From assembly GCA_905182835.1 (NCBI GenBank), contig CAJJDI010000004.1, positions 27,213 through 91,212 on the forward strand: DNA of 64,000 nt, in the 5' to 3' direction. Position numbers and translations under genes: made by a program. The DNA comes from an uncultured Flavobacteriaceae bacterium (GTDB taxonomy: Bacteria; Bacteroidota; Bacteroidia; Flavobacteriales; Flavobacteriaceae). Within the stretch, counting starts at the first letter, position 1. Each line of letters begins with the position of its first letter. Below the pieces are notes generated by a model that did no database searches, was not told the origin of the DNA, and saw nothing but the letters and a program-made list of their open reading frames with translations. Positions 10,059 to 19,632 of the stretch are shown here, in pieces.

Positions 10059-10712
10059 ATGGGTATAAAAAATCAAATAAGTTTTATTCATAAACAAATT
10101 GGCAATGAAGTTTGTCTAGTTGCTGTTTCAAAAACAAAAAGTGAAAGTGAAATTATAGAAGCTTATAATTGCGGACAAAGAGTTTTTGGGGAAAACAAAG
10201 TACAAGAACTAGTGTCAAAACAAAATAATCTACCCAAAGATATAAATTGGCATATGATTGGGCATTTACAAAGAAATAAAGTGAAGTATATTGCCCCCTT
10301 TATTGATCTAATTCATGCAGTCGATAACATCAAATTATTAAAAGAAATAAATAAACAAGCAAAAAAAAATAACAGAACAATAGACTGTCTGATTCAAATA
10401 AAAATATCTAATGAAGAGAGTAAGTTCGGCATGGAGTATAAAGAGGTTCTTGAATTAATAAGTAGCGTAAATAAATCAGGTTTTGAAAATATCAATTTAA
10501 CTGGCTTTATGGGAATGGCTAGTAATACTAATAATCAAGACATTCTAAAAAAGGAATTTAGCTTGTTAAATAGTTTTTTTAAAGAATTAAAGCAAACAAA
10601 TAAAAATTTAACAAAAATATCCATGGGTATGAGCAATGATTATCAATTAGCTATCGAATGTGGCAGTAACATGATAAGAGTTGGAAGTAATATTTTTGGA
10701 TCTAGAAATTAA
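10059..10712 (+). CDS. yggS: YggS family pyridoxal-phosphate-dependent protein
   Basis: LVAVSKTK (PLP lysine), HMIGHLQRNKVK, SMGMSNDYQLAIE, MIRVGSNIFG. Confidence 0.93.
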   Translation: MGIKNQISFIHKQIGNEVCLVAVSKTKSESEIIEAYNCGQRVFGENKVQELVSKQNNLPKDINWHMIGHLQRNKVKYIAPFIDLIHAVDNIKLLKEINKQAKKNNRTIDCLIQIKISNEESKFGMEYKEVLELISSVNKSGFENINLTGFMGMASNTNNQDILKKEFSLLNSFFKELKQTNKNLTKISMGMSNDYQLAIECGSNMIRVGSNIFGSRN

Positions 10713-10717
10713 AAAAT

Positions 10718-12082
10718 ATCATATACAGTATTGTAGACATAGAGACAACTGGCGGTAAATTCAATGAAGAAGGAATTACAGAAATTGCTATTTACAAATT
10801 TGATGGGAAAGAGATTTTAGATAAGTTTATTTCTTTAATTAATCCTGAAAAAGACATCCAGCCATTTGTAGTAAACCTTACAGGGATCAATAATAAAATG
10901 CTTCGAAATGCACCTAAATTTCATGAAGTTGCTAAAAGAATACTAGAGATAACTGAAGAAACTATCTTTGTTGCTCATAATACCTCTTTTGATTACAGAA
11001 TATTAAAAACTGAGTATGACAGACTTGGCTATAACTTTAAAAGAAACACATTATGTACTTTAGAACTATCAAAGAAATTAATTCCAGATATGGATTCTTA
11101 TAGTCTAGGTAAATTAACCAGACAACTAGGAATACCTATTACGCAAAGACACAGAGCTAGTGGAGATGCGTTAGCTACTGTAAAATTATTTAAACTATTA
11201 CTTGATAAAGATTTAGACAAAAACATTATTATTGAAAATATTAAAAATACAAGTAAATCCAATTTACCTAAAAATCTAAATGAAATATTAGATGAATTAC
11301 CAAACTCTACAGGGGTCTATTATATGCATAATAAAACTTCTGATATAATTTATATAGGAAAGAGTAAAAACATAAAAAAAAGAATTAATCAACATTTTAC
11401 TGGTAAAGACAATAAGTCAAACAAGTTACAGCTAAATACAATATCAGTTAGTTATGATGAAACTGGAAGTGAATTAATAGCTCTTTTAAAAGAGAATAAT
11501 CAAATTAAATTACACAAACCAATATACAATAGGAGGCTAAGAAAAACTGTCTACCCTTATGGTATTTACAAACACTATGATGAAAATAATTATATAAATT
11601 TAAAAATCTCTAAAATAGATCTTACTAAAAAACCATTAACTACATTCAAGAATATTAATAATGCTATTGCTTTTTTAAATAAATTAATAAATGAAAATAA
11701 TCTATGTCAGAAACTTTGTGGAATTTATAAGTCTAAGGACAGTTGTTTTAGATATACAATTAAAGAATGCTCAGGCGCATGTATAAATTTAGAAAAACAT
11801 GAGAAGTATAATGAAAGGCTTACAAAAGCTATTGGTTATCTAAATTTTGAAAATCAAAATTTTGCAATACTTGACAAGGGTAGAAACATAGGTGAGAATA
11901 GTTTCGTTTTAGTAGAAAATGGTTTGTTTATTGGTCTAGGATATTTTAACTTAAACTTTCAAGTAGATAATATAGATGTTTTAAAGAAGATTTTAATAAA
12001 AATGGATGATAACAAAGATAATCAACAAATTATTCAGAGATTTCTAAAGAAATCAAGAGGAATTAAAATTTTACATTACTAA
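10718..12082 (+). CDS. DEDD 3'-5' exonuclease (DnaQ-like) fused to GIY-YIG (Cho/UvrC-like) nuclease; start codon non-canonical or lost
   Basis: The track ORF 10898-12082 contains Exo II/III (VAHNTSFDYRIL, HRASGDALAT) and GIY-YIG (GVYYMHNKTSDIIYIGKS...R...H). The same frame is open back to 10706 and encodes IVDIETTG (Exo I) with no ATG/GTG/TTG. The start is placed provisionally at ATC 10718 (ATA 10721 is the alternative). Confidence 0.7.
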   Translation: MIYSIVDIETTGGKFNEEGITEIAIYKFDGKEILDKFISLINPEKDIQPFVVNLTGINNKMLRNAPKFHEVAKRILEITEETIFVAHNTSFDYRILKTEYDRLGYNFKRNTLCTLELSKKLIPDMDSYSLGKLTRQLGIPITQRHRASGDALATVKLFKLLLDKDLDKNIIIENIKNTSKSNLPKNLNEILDELPNSTGVYYMHNKTSDIIYIGKSKNIKKRINQHFTGKDNKSNKLQLNTISVSYDETGSELIALLKENNQIKLHKPIYNRRLRKTVYPYGIYKHYDENNYINLKISKIDLTKKPLTTFKNINNAIAFLNKLINENNLCQKLCGIYKSKDSCFRYTIKECSGACINLEKHEKYNERLTKAIGYLNFENQNFAILDKGRNIGENSFVLVENGLFIGLGYFNLNFQVDNIDVLKKILIKMDDNKDNQQIIQRFLKKSRGIKILHY

Positions 12083-12083
12083 A

Positions 12084-12911
12084 ATGGATAATAAACCTAC
12101 AAACTCGTGGAGAAAAAGAATTCATGAAATAATTTATGAAGCTGATACTAAAGCTGGAAAAAAATTTGATATACTTTTGCTAATAACCATTATAATCAGT
12201 GTTATTCTAGTAGTTTTAGAAAGCGTTGAAACTATAAATCTAAAGTATAGTGTTTTTTTAAATTTATGCGAATGGGTAATTACAATATTATTTAGTTTAG
12301 AATATATAATGAGAATTATTTGTGTAAAAAAACCTTTAAAATATATATTTAGTTTTTATGGAATAATTGACTTGCTTTCAACAATCCCTAAATATATTTC
12401 ATTATTTATTGTGGGTACACAACCTATCGCAGCTCTTCGAGCATTAAGGCTCATGAGAGTATTTAAAATCTTAAAAATGAATAGGTTTATTGGTGCTTCC
12501 ACTAATTTTAGAAGATTATTGATAGCAAGTAGAGCCAAAATCATAGTATTTCTTTTGTTTATAATTATTCTTTCAATAATTCTTGGTACAATAATGTATT
12601 TGATTGAAGGAAATTTAAATAATGGATTTGAAAATATTCCTAAAAGTATTTATTGGGCAATTGTTACTCTTACCACAGTAGGATATGGAGATATAGTCCC
12701 ATCAACTACATTAGGACAGGTTTTTTCATCTTTAATAATGATATTAGGGTATAGTATTATAGCTATTGGTATAGTTACTTCAAATATGTCATTGGCACAA
12801 AGAAAAGAATTGAAGTTAAACACACAATCATGTTCAAATTGTTTAGAGAATATACATACTGATAATGCAAAATTTTGTTCAAAATGTGGTGAATCTTTAG
12901 CAGATGTATAA
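12084..12911 (+). CDS. Voltage-gated-type (6TM) potassium channel with C-terminal zinc-ribbon
   Basis: S4 with a basic residue every third position (RALRLMRVFKILKMNR). K+ selectivity filter TTVGYGD. C-terminal CSNC-x12-CSKC. Confidence 0.88.
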   Translation: MDNKPTNSWRKRIHEIIYEADTKAGKKFDILLLITIIISVILVVLESVETINLKYSVFLNLCEWVITILFSLEYIMRIICVKKPLKYIFSFYGIIDLLSTIPKYISLFIVGTQPIAALRALRLMRVFKILKMNRFIGASTNFRRLLIASRAKIIVFLLFIIILSIILGTIMYLIEGNLNNGFENIPKSIYWAIVTLTTVGYGDIVPSTTLGQVFSSLIMILGYSIIAIGIVTSNMSLAQRKELKLNTQSCSNCLENIHTDNAKFCSKCGESLADV

Positions 12912-13812
12912 ATATTTAATATCAATTGTTGGGCCAACAGCTATTGGTAAAACAAGTTTAGCAATACAATTAGCAGAAAAATACTCCACTGAGATTATAT
13001 CAGCTGATTCCAGACAGTTTTATAGGGAAATGAACATAGGGACAGCAAAGCCTTCAGTTAGTGAGTTAAATAGCGCTAAACACCATTTAATAAATAATAA
13101 AAGTGTTGTAGATAATTACTCGATAGGAGAATTCGAGCAAGATGCAATCAAACAAATATCTAACATACACAGTAGATCTAATATTGCAGTACTAGTTGGT
13201 GGTTCTGGCTTATATTTAGATGTTATTAATTACGGTCTTGATCAAATACCAAAAACTGAAAAAAATATAAGAAATTCATTAAATAATGATTTTGAGAGCA
13301 AAGGTTTAATATACCTACAGAATAAGCTAAAGAAAATAGACCTAATTACTTACAATAATATTGACTTAAACAATTCCAGAAGGATAATAAGAGCGTTAGA
13401 GGTGACAATTTCTAGTGGAAAACCATATTCGTCATTTTTAAATAAAAAAAAAGTTGATCGTGATTTTAAAGTAATTGAAATTGGTATTAATGCTGAAAGA
13501 GAATTGGTATATCAAAGAATAAATAACAGAGTTGATGATATGGTCAATCAGGGACTGATAAATGAAGTCAAAAAATTAATTAAGTATAAACATCTAAACA
13601 GCTTAAATACTATAGGATATAAGGAAATATTCAGATATCTAAATGGAGATATAAGTTTAGAGTTTGCTGTAAATGAAATAAAGAAAAATTCAAGAAGATT
13701 TGCTAAAAGACAAATAACTTGGTTTAAATCAAATAATAATATTATCTGGTTTAACCAAAACTATAAAATAGATAATATAATTAAAGTTATAGATGAACTA
13801 ATTAGCAACTAA
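12904..13812 (+). CDS. miaA: tRNA dimethylallyltransferase
   Basis: IVGPTAIGKTSLAI P-loop, ISADSRQFYREMNIGTAKP, AKRQITWF. Confidence 0.95.
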   Translation: MYKYLISIVGPTAIGKTSLAIQLAEKYSTEIISADSRQFYREMNIGTAKPSVSELNSAKHHLINNKSVVDNYSIGEFEQDAIKQISNIHSRSNIAVLVGGSGLYLDVINYGLDQIPKTEKNIRNSLNNDFESKGLIYLQNKLKKIDLITYNNIDLNNSRRIIRALEVTISSGKPYSSFLNKKKVDRDFKVIEIGINAERELVYQRINNRVDDMVNQGLINEVKKLIKYKHLNSLNTIGYKEIFRYLNGDISLEFAVNEIKKNSRRFAKRQITWFKSNNNIIWFNQNYKIDNIIKVIDELISN

Positions 13813-14499
13813 CCTAAAACCCTCACCATGAATATTAATAATCTCAACTGAATCATCATTTTTTAAATACTTTCTAAGTTTAGCAATGTATACATCCATA
13901 CTCCTTGAAGTAAAATAATTGTCATCTCTCCAAATTTTAGTTAATGCCAATTCTCTAGGCATTAAATCATTCTTGTATAAGATCAACATCTTCAAAAGAA
14001 GATTTTCTTTTGGTGAAAGCTTAACAGGTGAGTTATTTAAATAAGATAAATGTCTTAACTTAGAATTTAAATGAAAACTACCGAAAGTAAACTCAAATTC
14101 AGATGAGTCTACCATTGATGCTCTTGTATTTCTATTTATGATTGCATTAATTTTCATAATTAAAACTTCGCTATCAAAGGGTTTTTTCAAATAATCATCT
14201 GCACCTACCTTATAACCTTTAAGAACATCTTCCTTTAAAGATTTAGCTGTAAGAAAGATAATTGGAATATCAGGATTTTTTTCTTTTATTTCTTTTGCTA
14301 GAGTAAATCCATCTTTGTATGGCATCATAACATCCAAAATACACAAATCAAAATCATGTTTTTTGAATTTCTCGAACCCTTCCATCCCATTTTTAGCGTG
14401 AATTACATCATAATTATTAAGTATTAGATAATCTCTTAAGATAATTCCAAAGTTCTGATCATCTTCAACTAATAATATTCTATTATTTAAATCACTCAT
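13798..14499 (-). CDS. OmpR-family two-component response regulator
   Basis: Receiver domain (LLVEDD...DLCILDVMMP...LTAK) plus a winged-helix C-terminus (LSPKENLLLKML...VYIAKLRKYL...GEGFRL). Confidence 0.93.
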   Translation of the reverse strand: MSDLNNRILLVEDDQNFGIILRDYLILNNYDVIHAKNGMEGFEKFKKHDFDLCILDVMMPYKDGFTLAKEIKEKNPDIPIIFLTAKSLKEDVLKGYKVGADDYLKKPFDSEVLIMKINAIINRNTRASMVDSSEFEFTFGSFHLNSKLRHLSYLNNSPVKLSPKENLLLKMLILYKNDLMPRELALTKIWRDDNYFTSRSMDVYIAKLRKYLKNDDSVEIINIHGEGFRLVAN

Positions 14500-16118
14500 A
14501 TTAATTTATTTATTTTGTTATTGTATACTGGTAATATTATTTTAAAGGTACTTCCATTACCAGGTGAACTATCAACAGAAACCTCACCTCTATGAAATTT
14601 GACTATTTTTTTTACGTAAGCTAAACCCAATCCATGACCTTTCACATTATGTAAATCACCTGATTGTTCACGATAAAATTTTTCAAATATTTTACTTTGA
14701 ACATCCTTAGACATACCAATGCCATTATCAGAAATAGATAAAATAATATCTTTTTCATTTAATATCTTATCAATATTGTGAGTAGAAATTTTAATTATTG
14801 GATTTTTATCTGAATACTTAATAGCATTATCAATAATATTGATAATTACATTAGTGAAGTGAGTTTTATTAGCTCTAATATTAGTGAAATTTGAATTTAA
14901 TTCTAATTCAATTTGACCTTGTTTGTTTTTCATTATTAAATCCAAATGACTAACAGCTTTATGTATCAAGCTGTGTAAATCGTGATCAGATTTCTTAATA
15001 TTTAATTCGTTTCGTTCAAGTCTAGAAATTCTTAGAACATTTTCAACCTGATCATTCATTCTATTATTTTCAACCTTTATCATATTTAAATAACCAATAA
15101 CCTTATCTTTATTGTCAATGATTTTTGGGTTTTTTATTGAATCCAACACAAGGTTTATCGTCGCAATTGGAGTCTTAAACTCATGAGTCATATTATTTAT
15201 AAAATCGGATTTAATCTGCGCAATTTTTTTTTGTTTTAGTAGTTGTGAAATTGTACTAATATAAACTATTACAATAATTATTGTGAATATTATAGAAAGC
15301 AAGATAGCTTCAACATATGATGAACCAGAAGACAGAAATTGATTTTTTAGATTTGGAAAATACATATTTAAGCTAAAATCACTTGAGTTATTATTATCTG
15401 TAAATATTGGAGTATTGAACAGTAAATTCTCATGCTGATTATTATAATCAAAGCTTTCAGATTGAACTCTAGTTAGTAGTTCTTTATCAAAAATACCGAA
15501 TTCAAAATTCAAAATTAAATTATGTTCTGACAATGCTTTAGTTATGAGATTATTTATCTCTTTTTTAGAAACTCTTCTATGAATTGGATTTCTTTTAGCT
15601 AAATCTTTGTAAGCAGTCTCAAAAAGAATCTCTTTACTTCTTGAAATTTCACCAATTCTTAAAAGTAATTGTTCGGGTGTAAACTGTTTTGTGTCTCCAG
15701 AACTAGTAACGCTAAATAATTTCTGTTCTCTTTCGTTAGATACTCTTGTAATATTAATACTATCAATATTAATATCTAAAAAAGAAGGGAGCTTTAAACT
15801 TTCTTCTATTATTCCATTACGATAAATAATAGTCTCATTTGAACCATTATTTTCACTAATAAAGTACAAGTTATTTATTGCTGTAGTATCAATATTAACT
15901 CCACTGTTCATTAATTCATTGAACTTGTATACATACTGAGAATATTCTCTTTTTTGGATAGCTTCTGAAACATTAAGTAATATTGTATTTACATTTAATG
16001 AAAATTGTTGCTCGCTCTTATCAAGGTTACTCTTAATAAAATAACTCTGTACAGAAATAATCCCTAAGAGTGACAAGCTCATTAAGATTAGTATCAATAT
16101 GAAGAATTTTTTATTCAT
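14496..16118 (-). CDS. Sensor histidine kinase
   Basis: N-terminal TM, about 250-aa extracytoplasmic region, second TM, H-box FINNMTHEFKTP, N box NAIKYS, G boxes DNGIGM and GHGLGL. It overlaps the regulator gene by 4 nt. Confidence 0.92.
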   Translation of the reverse strand: MNKKFFILILILMSLSLLGIISVQSYFIKSNLDKSEQQFSLNVNTILLNVSEAIQKREYSQYVYKFNELMNSGVNIDTTAINNLYFISENNGSNETIIYRNGIIEESLKLPSFLDINIDSINITRVSNEREQKLFSVTSSGDTKQFTPEQLLLRIGEISRSKEILFETAYKDLAKRNPIHRRVSKKEINNLITKALSEHNLILNFEFGIFDKELLTRVQSESFDYNNQHENLLFNTPIFTDNNNSSDFSLNMYFPNLKNQFLSSGSSYVEAILLSIIFTIIIVIVYISTISQLLKQKKIAQIKSDFINNMTHEFKTPIATINLVLDSIKNPKIIDNKDKVIGYLNMIKVENNRMNDQVENVLRISRLERNELNIKKSDHDLHSLIHKAVSHLDLIMKNKQGQIELELNSNFTNIRANKTHFTNVIINIIDNAIKYSDKNPIIKISTHNIDKILNEKDIILSISDNGIGMSKDVQSKIFEKFYREQSGDLHNVKGHGLGLAYVKKIVKFHRGEVSVDSSPGNGSTFKIILPVYNNKINKLI

Positions 16119-16168
16119 ATAACTAAATTAATATTATTAAGTCAATGTGATCAACATTTAACCATAAG

Positions 16169-16750
16169 TTAACAATAATTCAAAATTTCCGAATGAATAT
16201 CATTAACATCATTATTTAAATCATTATTTAAATCATTATAAATTACAAAATCAGAAAGATTAGCGATTGTAGAATCACTAATTTGATTATCCATAACATT
16301 TTTAATAGATAAACTATCCATACCTCTTGATAACAGCCTTGTGTTTCTTAGGTCTCTGGGAGATATTACACCAATGATTTTATCGAAATCATGTTCAACT
16401 CCACTCTCATAAATAATTGCAGATTCATAAATAGTATAAGCAGATTTTTGAATTATTAACCAATTATTAAAATCATCATGAACGAATGGGTGTACAATGG
16501 AATTTATTAATTTAAGTTGATGTTTATCATTGAATATCAAACTAGAAATATACTTTTTATTAAGATTACCGTTTAAATAACAATCTTTACCAAAATTAAT
16601 GATCAAAGCATGTTTCAGATCTATATTTGATTCAATAATTCTCTTAGCTTGTTCATCAGAGTTATATACAGGTATACCTAATTTAAAAAACATATTAGAA
16701 ATATATGTTTTACCACTTCCAATTCCTCCTGTTATAGCAATTTTTTTCAT
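16169..16750 (-). CDS. coaE: Dephospho-CoA kinase
   Basis: MKKIAITGGIGSGKT P-loop, 193 aa, typical CoaE layout. Confidence 0.9.
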   Translation of the reverse strand: MKKIAITGGIGSGKTYISNMFFKLGIPVYNSDEQAKRIIESNIDLKHALIINFGKDCYLNGNLNKKYISSLIFNDKHQLKLINSIVHPFVHDDFNNWLIIQKSAYTIYESAIIYESGVEHDFDKIIGVISPRDLRNTRLLSRGMDSLSIKNVMDNQISDSTIANLSDFVIYNDLNNDLNNDVNDIHSEILNYC

Positions 16751-17691
16751 TTTAAAACAACATATTGAACCTTTTCATTTATCAACCTGAAGTTTTTGAT
16801 AAAATTAGGTTTAGTTATTATTACAGGTGATAATTCACCCTTTTCATAAATCTGACTGTAATCACAAATAATTTTAAAATCTTCAGGTTGATAAATTTGA
16901 TAATTCTCTAAACTAACACTAAAAGAGACTTTGATACTTTTTGGATAATAGTTTATATTAACTCCTTTTGGAATATTAATTATTGACACAGGAATGCTAA
17001 GGATAGATTCAGTCGACTTTTCTACATCAATAGAAACCTCTACAAAAAGATCAGAATACTTAACATCATTATAATCTAAAACATTAAGCTCAACAGATTG
17101 ATTTACATCTGATCTTATATCCGTTAAATTTAATTCAAAAGTACTAATAGAATTAATTGAATCTAACACAAGTTCAGAGCCAACAACTGTAACTGAATCA
17201 GTAGATAGTTTATGAGCTTTAAAATAATCATAACCCTGATAAAAACTAATATTAGAGTTTAAAATTATTGGAATTTTTTTAGATTTTAATTGATCATATC
17301 TAAAAAATAAACTGTCAAAATTAATTGAAATTAAATCAAATTCTGGTTTAATAAAATCATCAATCTCCATATAGCTATTTGACTGGGTTAAAATAAATGA
17401 CTTTGAATCATCAATAACATTTTGTGAAGAAATTACAATAGATTCATTTGATAAATAATGTTTGATAAAATCAAATCCAAATGATGAAACTGTTAAATTA
17501 ATACTATCAACTGATTGACTAGTGACTATCTTATTATCTGGCACTTCGGATAGATTAATTTTGTAGCTAATGTTTTTCGTATAAACTTTTGTTAATTTAA
17601 CTATTGTAGAGAAAAGTAGAGAAATCAATAAAAAAATAAAAAAATTATTTAATGTTTTATAATTTATTTTGGAAGTTTTTTTATTTATCAT
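16747..17691 (-). CDS. YbbR-like domain-containing membrane-anchored protein
   Basis: One N-terminal TM followed by repeated beta-rich modules. It occupies the conserved position upstream of coaE seen in Flavobacteriia. The family call rests on architecture and recollection. Confidence 0.55.
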   Translation of the reverse strand: MINKKTSKINYKTLNNFFIFLLISLLFSTIVKLTKVYTKNISYKINLSEVPDNKIVTSQSVDSINLTVSSFGFDFIKHYLSNESIVISSQNVIDDSKSFILTQSNSYMEIDDFIKPEFDLISINFDSLFFRYDQLKSKKIPIILNSNISFYQGYDYFKAHKLSTDSVTVVGSELVLDSINSISTFELNLTDIRSDVNQSVELNVLDYNDVKYSDLFVEVSIDVEKSTESILSIPVSIINIPKGVNINYYPKSIKVSFSVSLENYQIYQPEDFKIICDYSQIYEKGELSPVIITKPNFIKNFRLINEKVQYVVLK

Positions 17692-18704
17692 TTAGTTTGA
17701 TTTTTAAAAAAATAAGCTGAAAAACTATCTTCTATATTCTTGTTTGAGGTCAAGAGGATTAGCTTTGATCTAACAAAGCCTAAGCCATAGCCGATAAATT
17801 GAATTAGTGTTGTAAATATTGAATATAAAGCAACTGTAGTACTTTTATTTAAAATTAATGAGTTTAAAAAAATTAGAGCAATATAAAATATAATTGTAAT
17901 GAATGGATACAAGAAGTTAAATGGTATTAATAAAACACTTAATATCATATAAAACAAAAAGAAGGTAGGAAACCAAAAAAAGATTTTATTAGAGTTTGGG
18001 TGCCATTTATTTATAATAGGTCTGACCATTCCAAACTTATAAACTTGATTATAAAAAGCGCGAACATTAACTCTTCGTTTATGAAAAACTTTTACATCAT
18101 TAAATAGTTCAGAACTTAAGCCATGTTTAGAAATTCTTAAAGACAAGTCAGGATCTTCACCTGGGTGAATATTACCAAAACCTCTAGTCAATTCAAATGC
18201 TTTTTTAGATATTCCCATGTTAAAACTTCTAGCTTGAAAATTTTTATTTTTCAACTTCCCACCTCTCACACCCCCTGTAGTTATAAAAGATGTCATTGTA
18301 AAGTTTACTGCTTTTTGAAAGTTTGTAAATGAAGGATGAGAATCATCAACGCCACCGAAGCAATCAACATATTTCTTATTAATATTTTGAAAGAAGTTAA
18401 TCAAGTAGTTTTTAGGTAATATACAATCAGAATCGAGTATAATATAATAATCACCAGTAGCTAGTTTCATACCATAATTCCTAGAATCCCCTGGTCCAGT
18501 ATTGTTTTTTTTTAAATAAAGAATATTTAAATTATCAATATACTTAGAGGTAATGACATCCGAACAATCTGTAGAGCCATCTTCAATAATAACGATTTCA
18601 AAATTAAAATTACCATCTAAATTAACAAAGCTTTTTAGTAACTCATCAATTTCTTCAGGACGATTGTAAACAGGAATTATAAAAGAAATATTAATAGGTG
18701 TCAT
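17688..18704 (-). CDS. Family 2 glycosyltransferase with C-terminal transmembrane segments
   Basis: ISFIIPVYNRPEEI, EDGSTD and ILDSDC (DxD) motifs. The hydrophobic C-terminal 100 aa suggest TM segments. Confidence 0.88.
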   Translation of the reverse strand: MTPINISFIIPVYNRPEEIDELLKSFVNLDGNFNFEIVIIEDGSTDCSDVITSKYIDNLNILYLKKNNTGPGDSRNYGMKLATGDYYIILDSDCILPKNYLINFFQNINKKYVDCFGGVDDSHPSFTNFQKAVNFTMTSFITTGGVRGGKLKNKNFQARSFNMGISKKAFELTRGFGNIHPGEDPDLSLRISKHGLSSELFNDVKVFHKRRVNVRAFYNQVYKFGMVRPIINKWHPNSNKIFFWFPTFFLFYMILSVLLIPFNFLYPFITIIFYIALIFLNSLILNKSTTVALYSIFTTLIQFIGYGLGFVRSKLILLTSNKNIEDSFSAYFFKNQTK

Positions 18705-18792
18705 TTAACAAATGTAGTTAAACAAAGCAGCAATATAAAAAACAGTTCAATTAAATTAAAGTGTTTTTTACGTATTTTAAATATTATAAATA

Positions 18793-19605
18793 TTATTCTG
18801 TGATTGAATCCATTATAGAGTCGCTAACACCCATATTACTAAATCCACCATCATTATATAGATTTTGAAGTGTAACCCTTTTAGTTAAGTCGCTGAACAG
18901 AGTAACGGTATAGTTTGCACAGTCTAAAGCTGTGGCATTACCAAGAGGAGACATTCTTTCTGCGTAACTAATAAAACCATCAAAACCTTTAACCCCAGTT
19001 CCCGCAGTAGTTGGAGTTGGAGATTGAGAAATAGTATTTACTCTAACTTTTTTGTCTTTACCGAAAAAATATCCGAAACTACGAGCTATACTTTCTAAAA
19101 ACGCCTTATTGTCTGCCATATCATTGTAATCTGGAAATACTCTCTGAGCAGCCATATAAGTTAAAGCTACTATACTACCCCACTCATTCATAGCATCCGC
19201 TTTATATAATGTTTGCATAACTTTATGAAATGACATAGCAGAGACATCAGTCCCTTTTTGAGTCCATTCATACTTTTGATCAGTGTAATGTCTTCCTTTT
19301 CTAACATTAACAGACATACCGATCGAATGTAAAACAAAATCTAATTTTCCACCTAATATTTTCATAGATTCAGAAATTAAATTTTCTAAATCATCTACTG
19401 ATGTAGCATCAGCTGCTATAACTGTAGATCCAGTTTTCTCTGCTAACTTATTAATTTCGCCCATCCTCATTGCGACTGGCGCATTAGATAAAACAAAAAC
19501 GCCCCCTTCTTCATATACCCTTTCAGCTGTCTTCCAGGCTATAGAGTTATGATCAAGTGCTCCAAATATTATTCCTCTTTTTCCTTTTAAAAGATTATGT
19601 GACAT
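18793..19605 (-). CDS. fabI: Enoyl-[acyl-carrier-protein] reductase (NADH)
   Basis: 270 aa with LLKGKRGIIFGA..SIAW and YNDMADNKAFLES (Y-x6-K type). Confidence 0.9.
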   Translation of the reverse strand: MSHNLLKGKRGIIFGALDHNSIAWKTAERVYEEGGVFVLSNAPVAMRMGEINKLAEKTGSTVIAADATSVDDLENLISESMKILGGKLDFVLHSIGMSVNVRKGRHYTDQKYEWTQKGTDVSAMSFHKVMQTLYKADAMNEWGSIVALTYMAAQRVFPDYNDMADNKAFLESIARSFGYFFGKDKKVRVNTISQSPTPTTAGTGVKGFDGFISYAERMSPLGNATALDCANYTVTLFSDLTKRVTLQNLYNDGGFSNMGVSDSIMDSITE

Positions 19606-19632
19606 ATTATAAATTTTTTTACAAATATAAGA

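Noticed and set aside
16209-16240. 12-nt tandem duplication (TCATTATTTAAA x2.6) in the 3' end of coaE, giving NDLNNDLNND.
   Set aside because: It is a small in-frame low-complexity duplication in a non-conserved C-terminal tail. There is no evidence of function.
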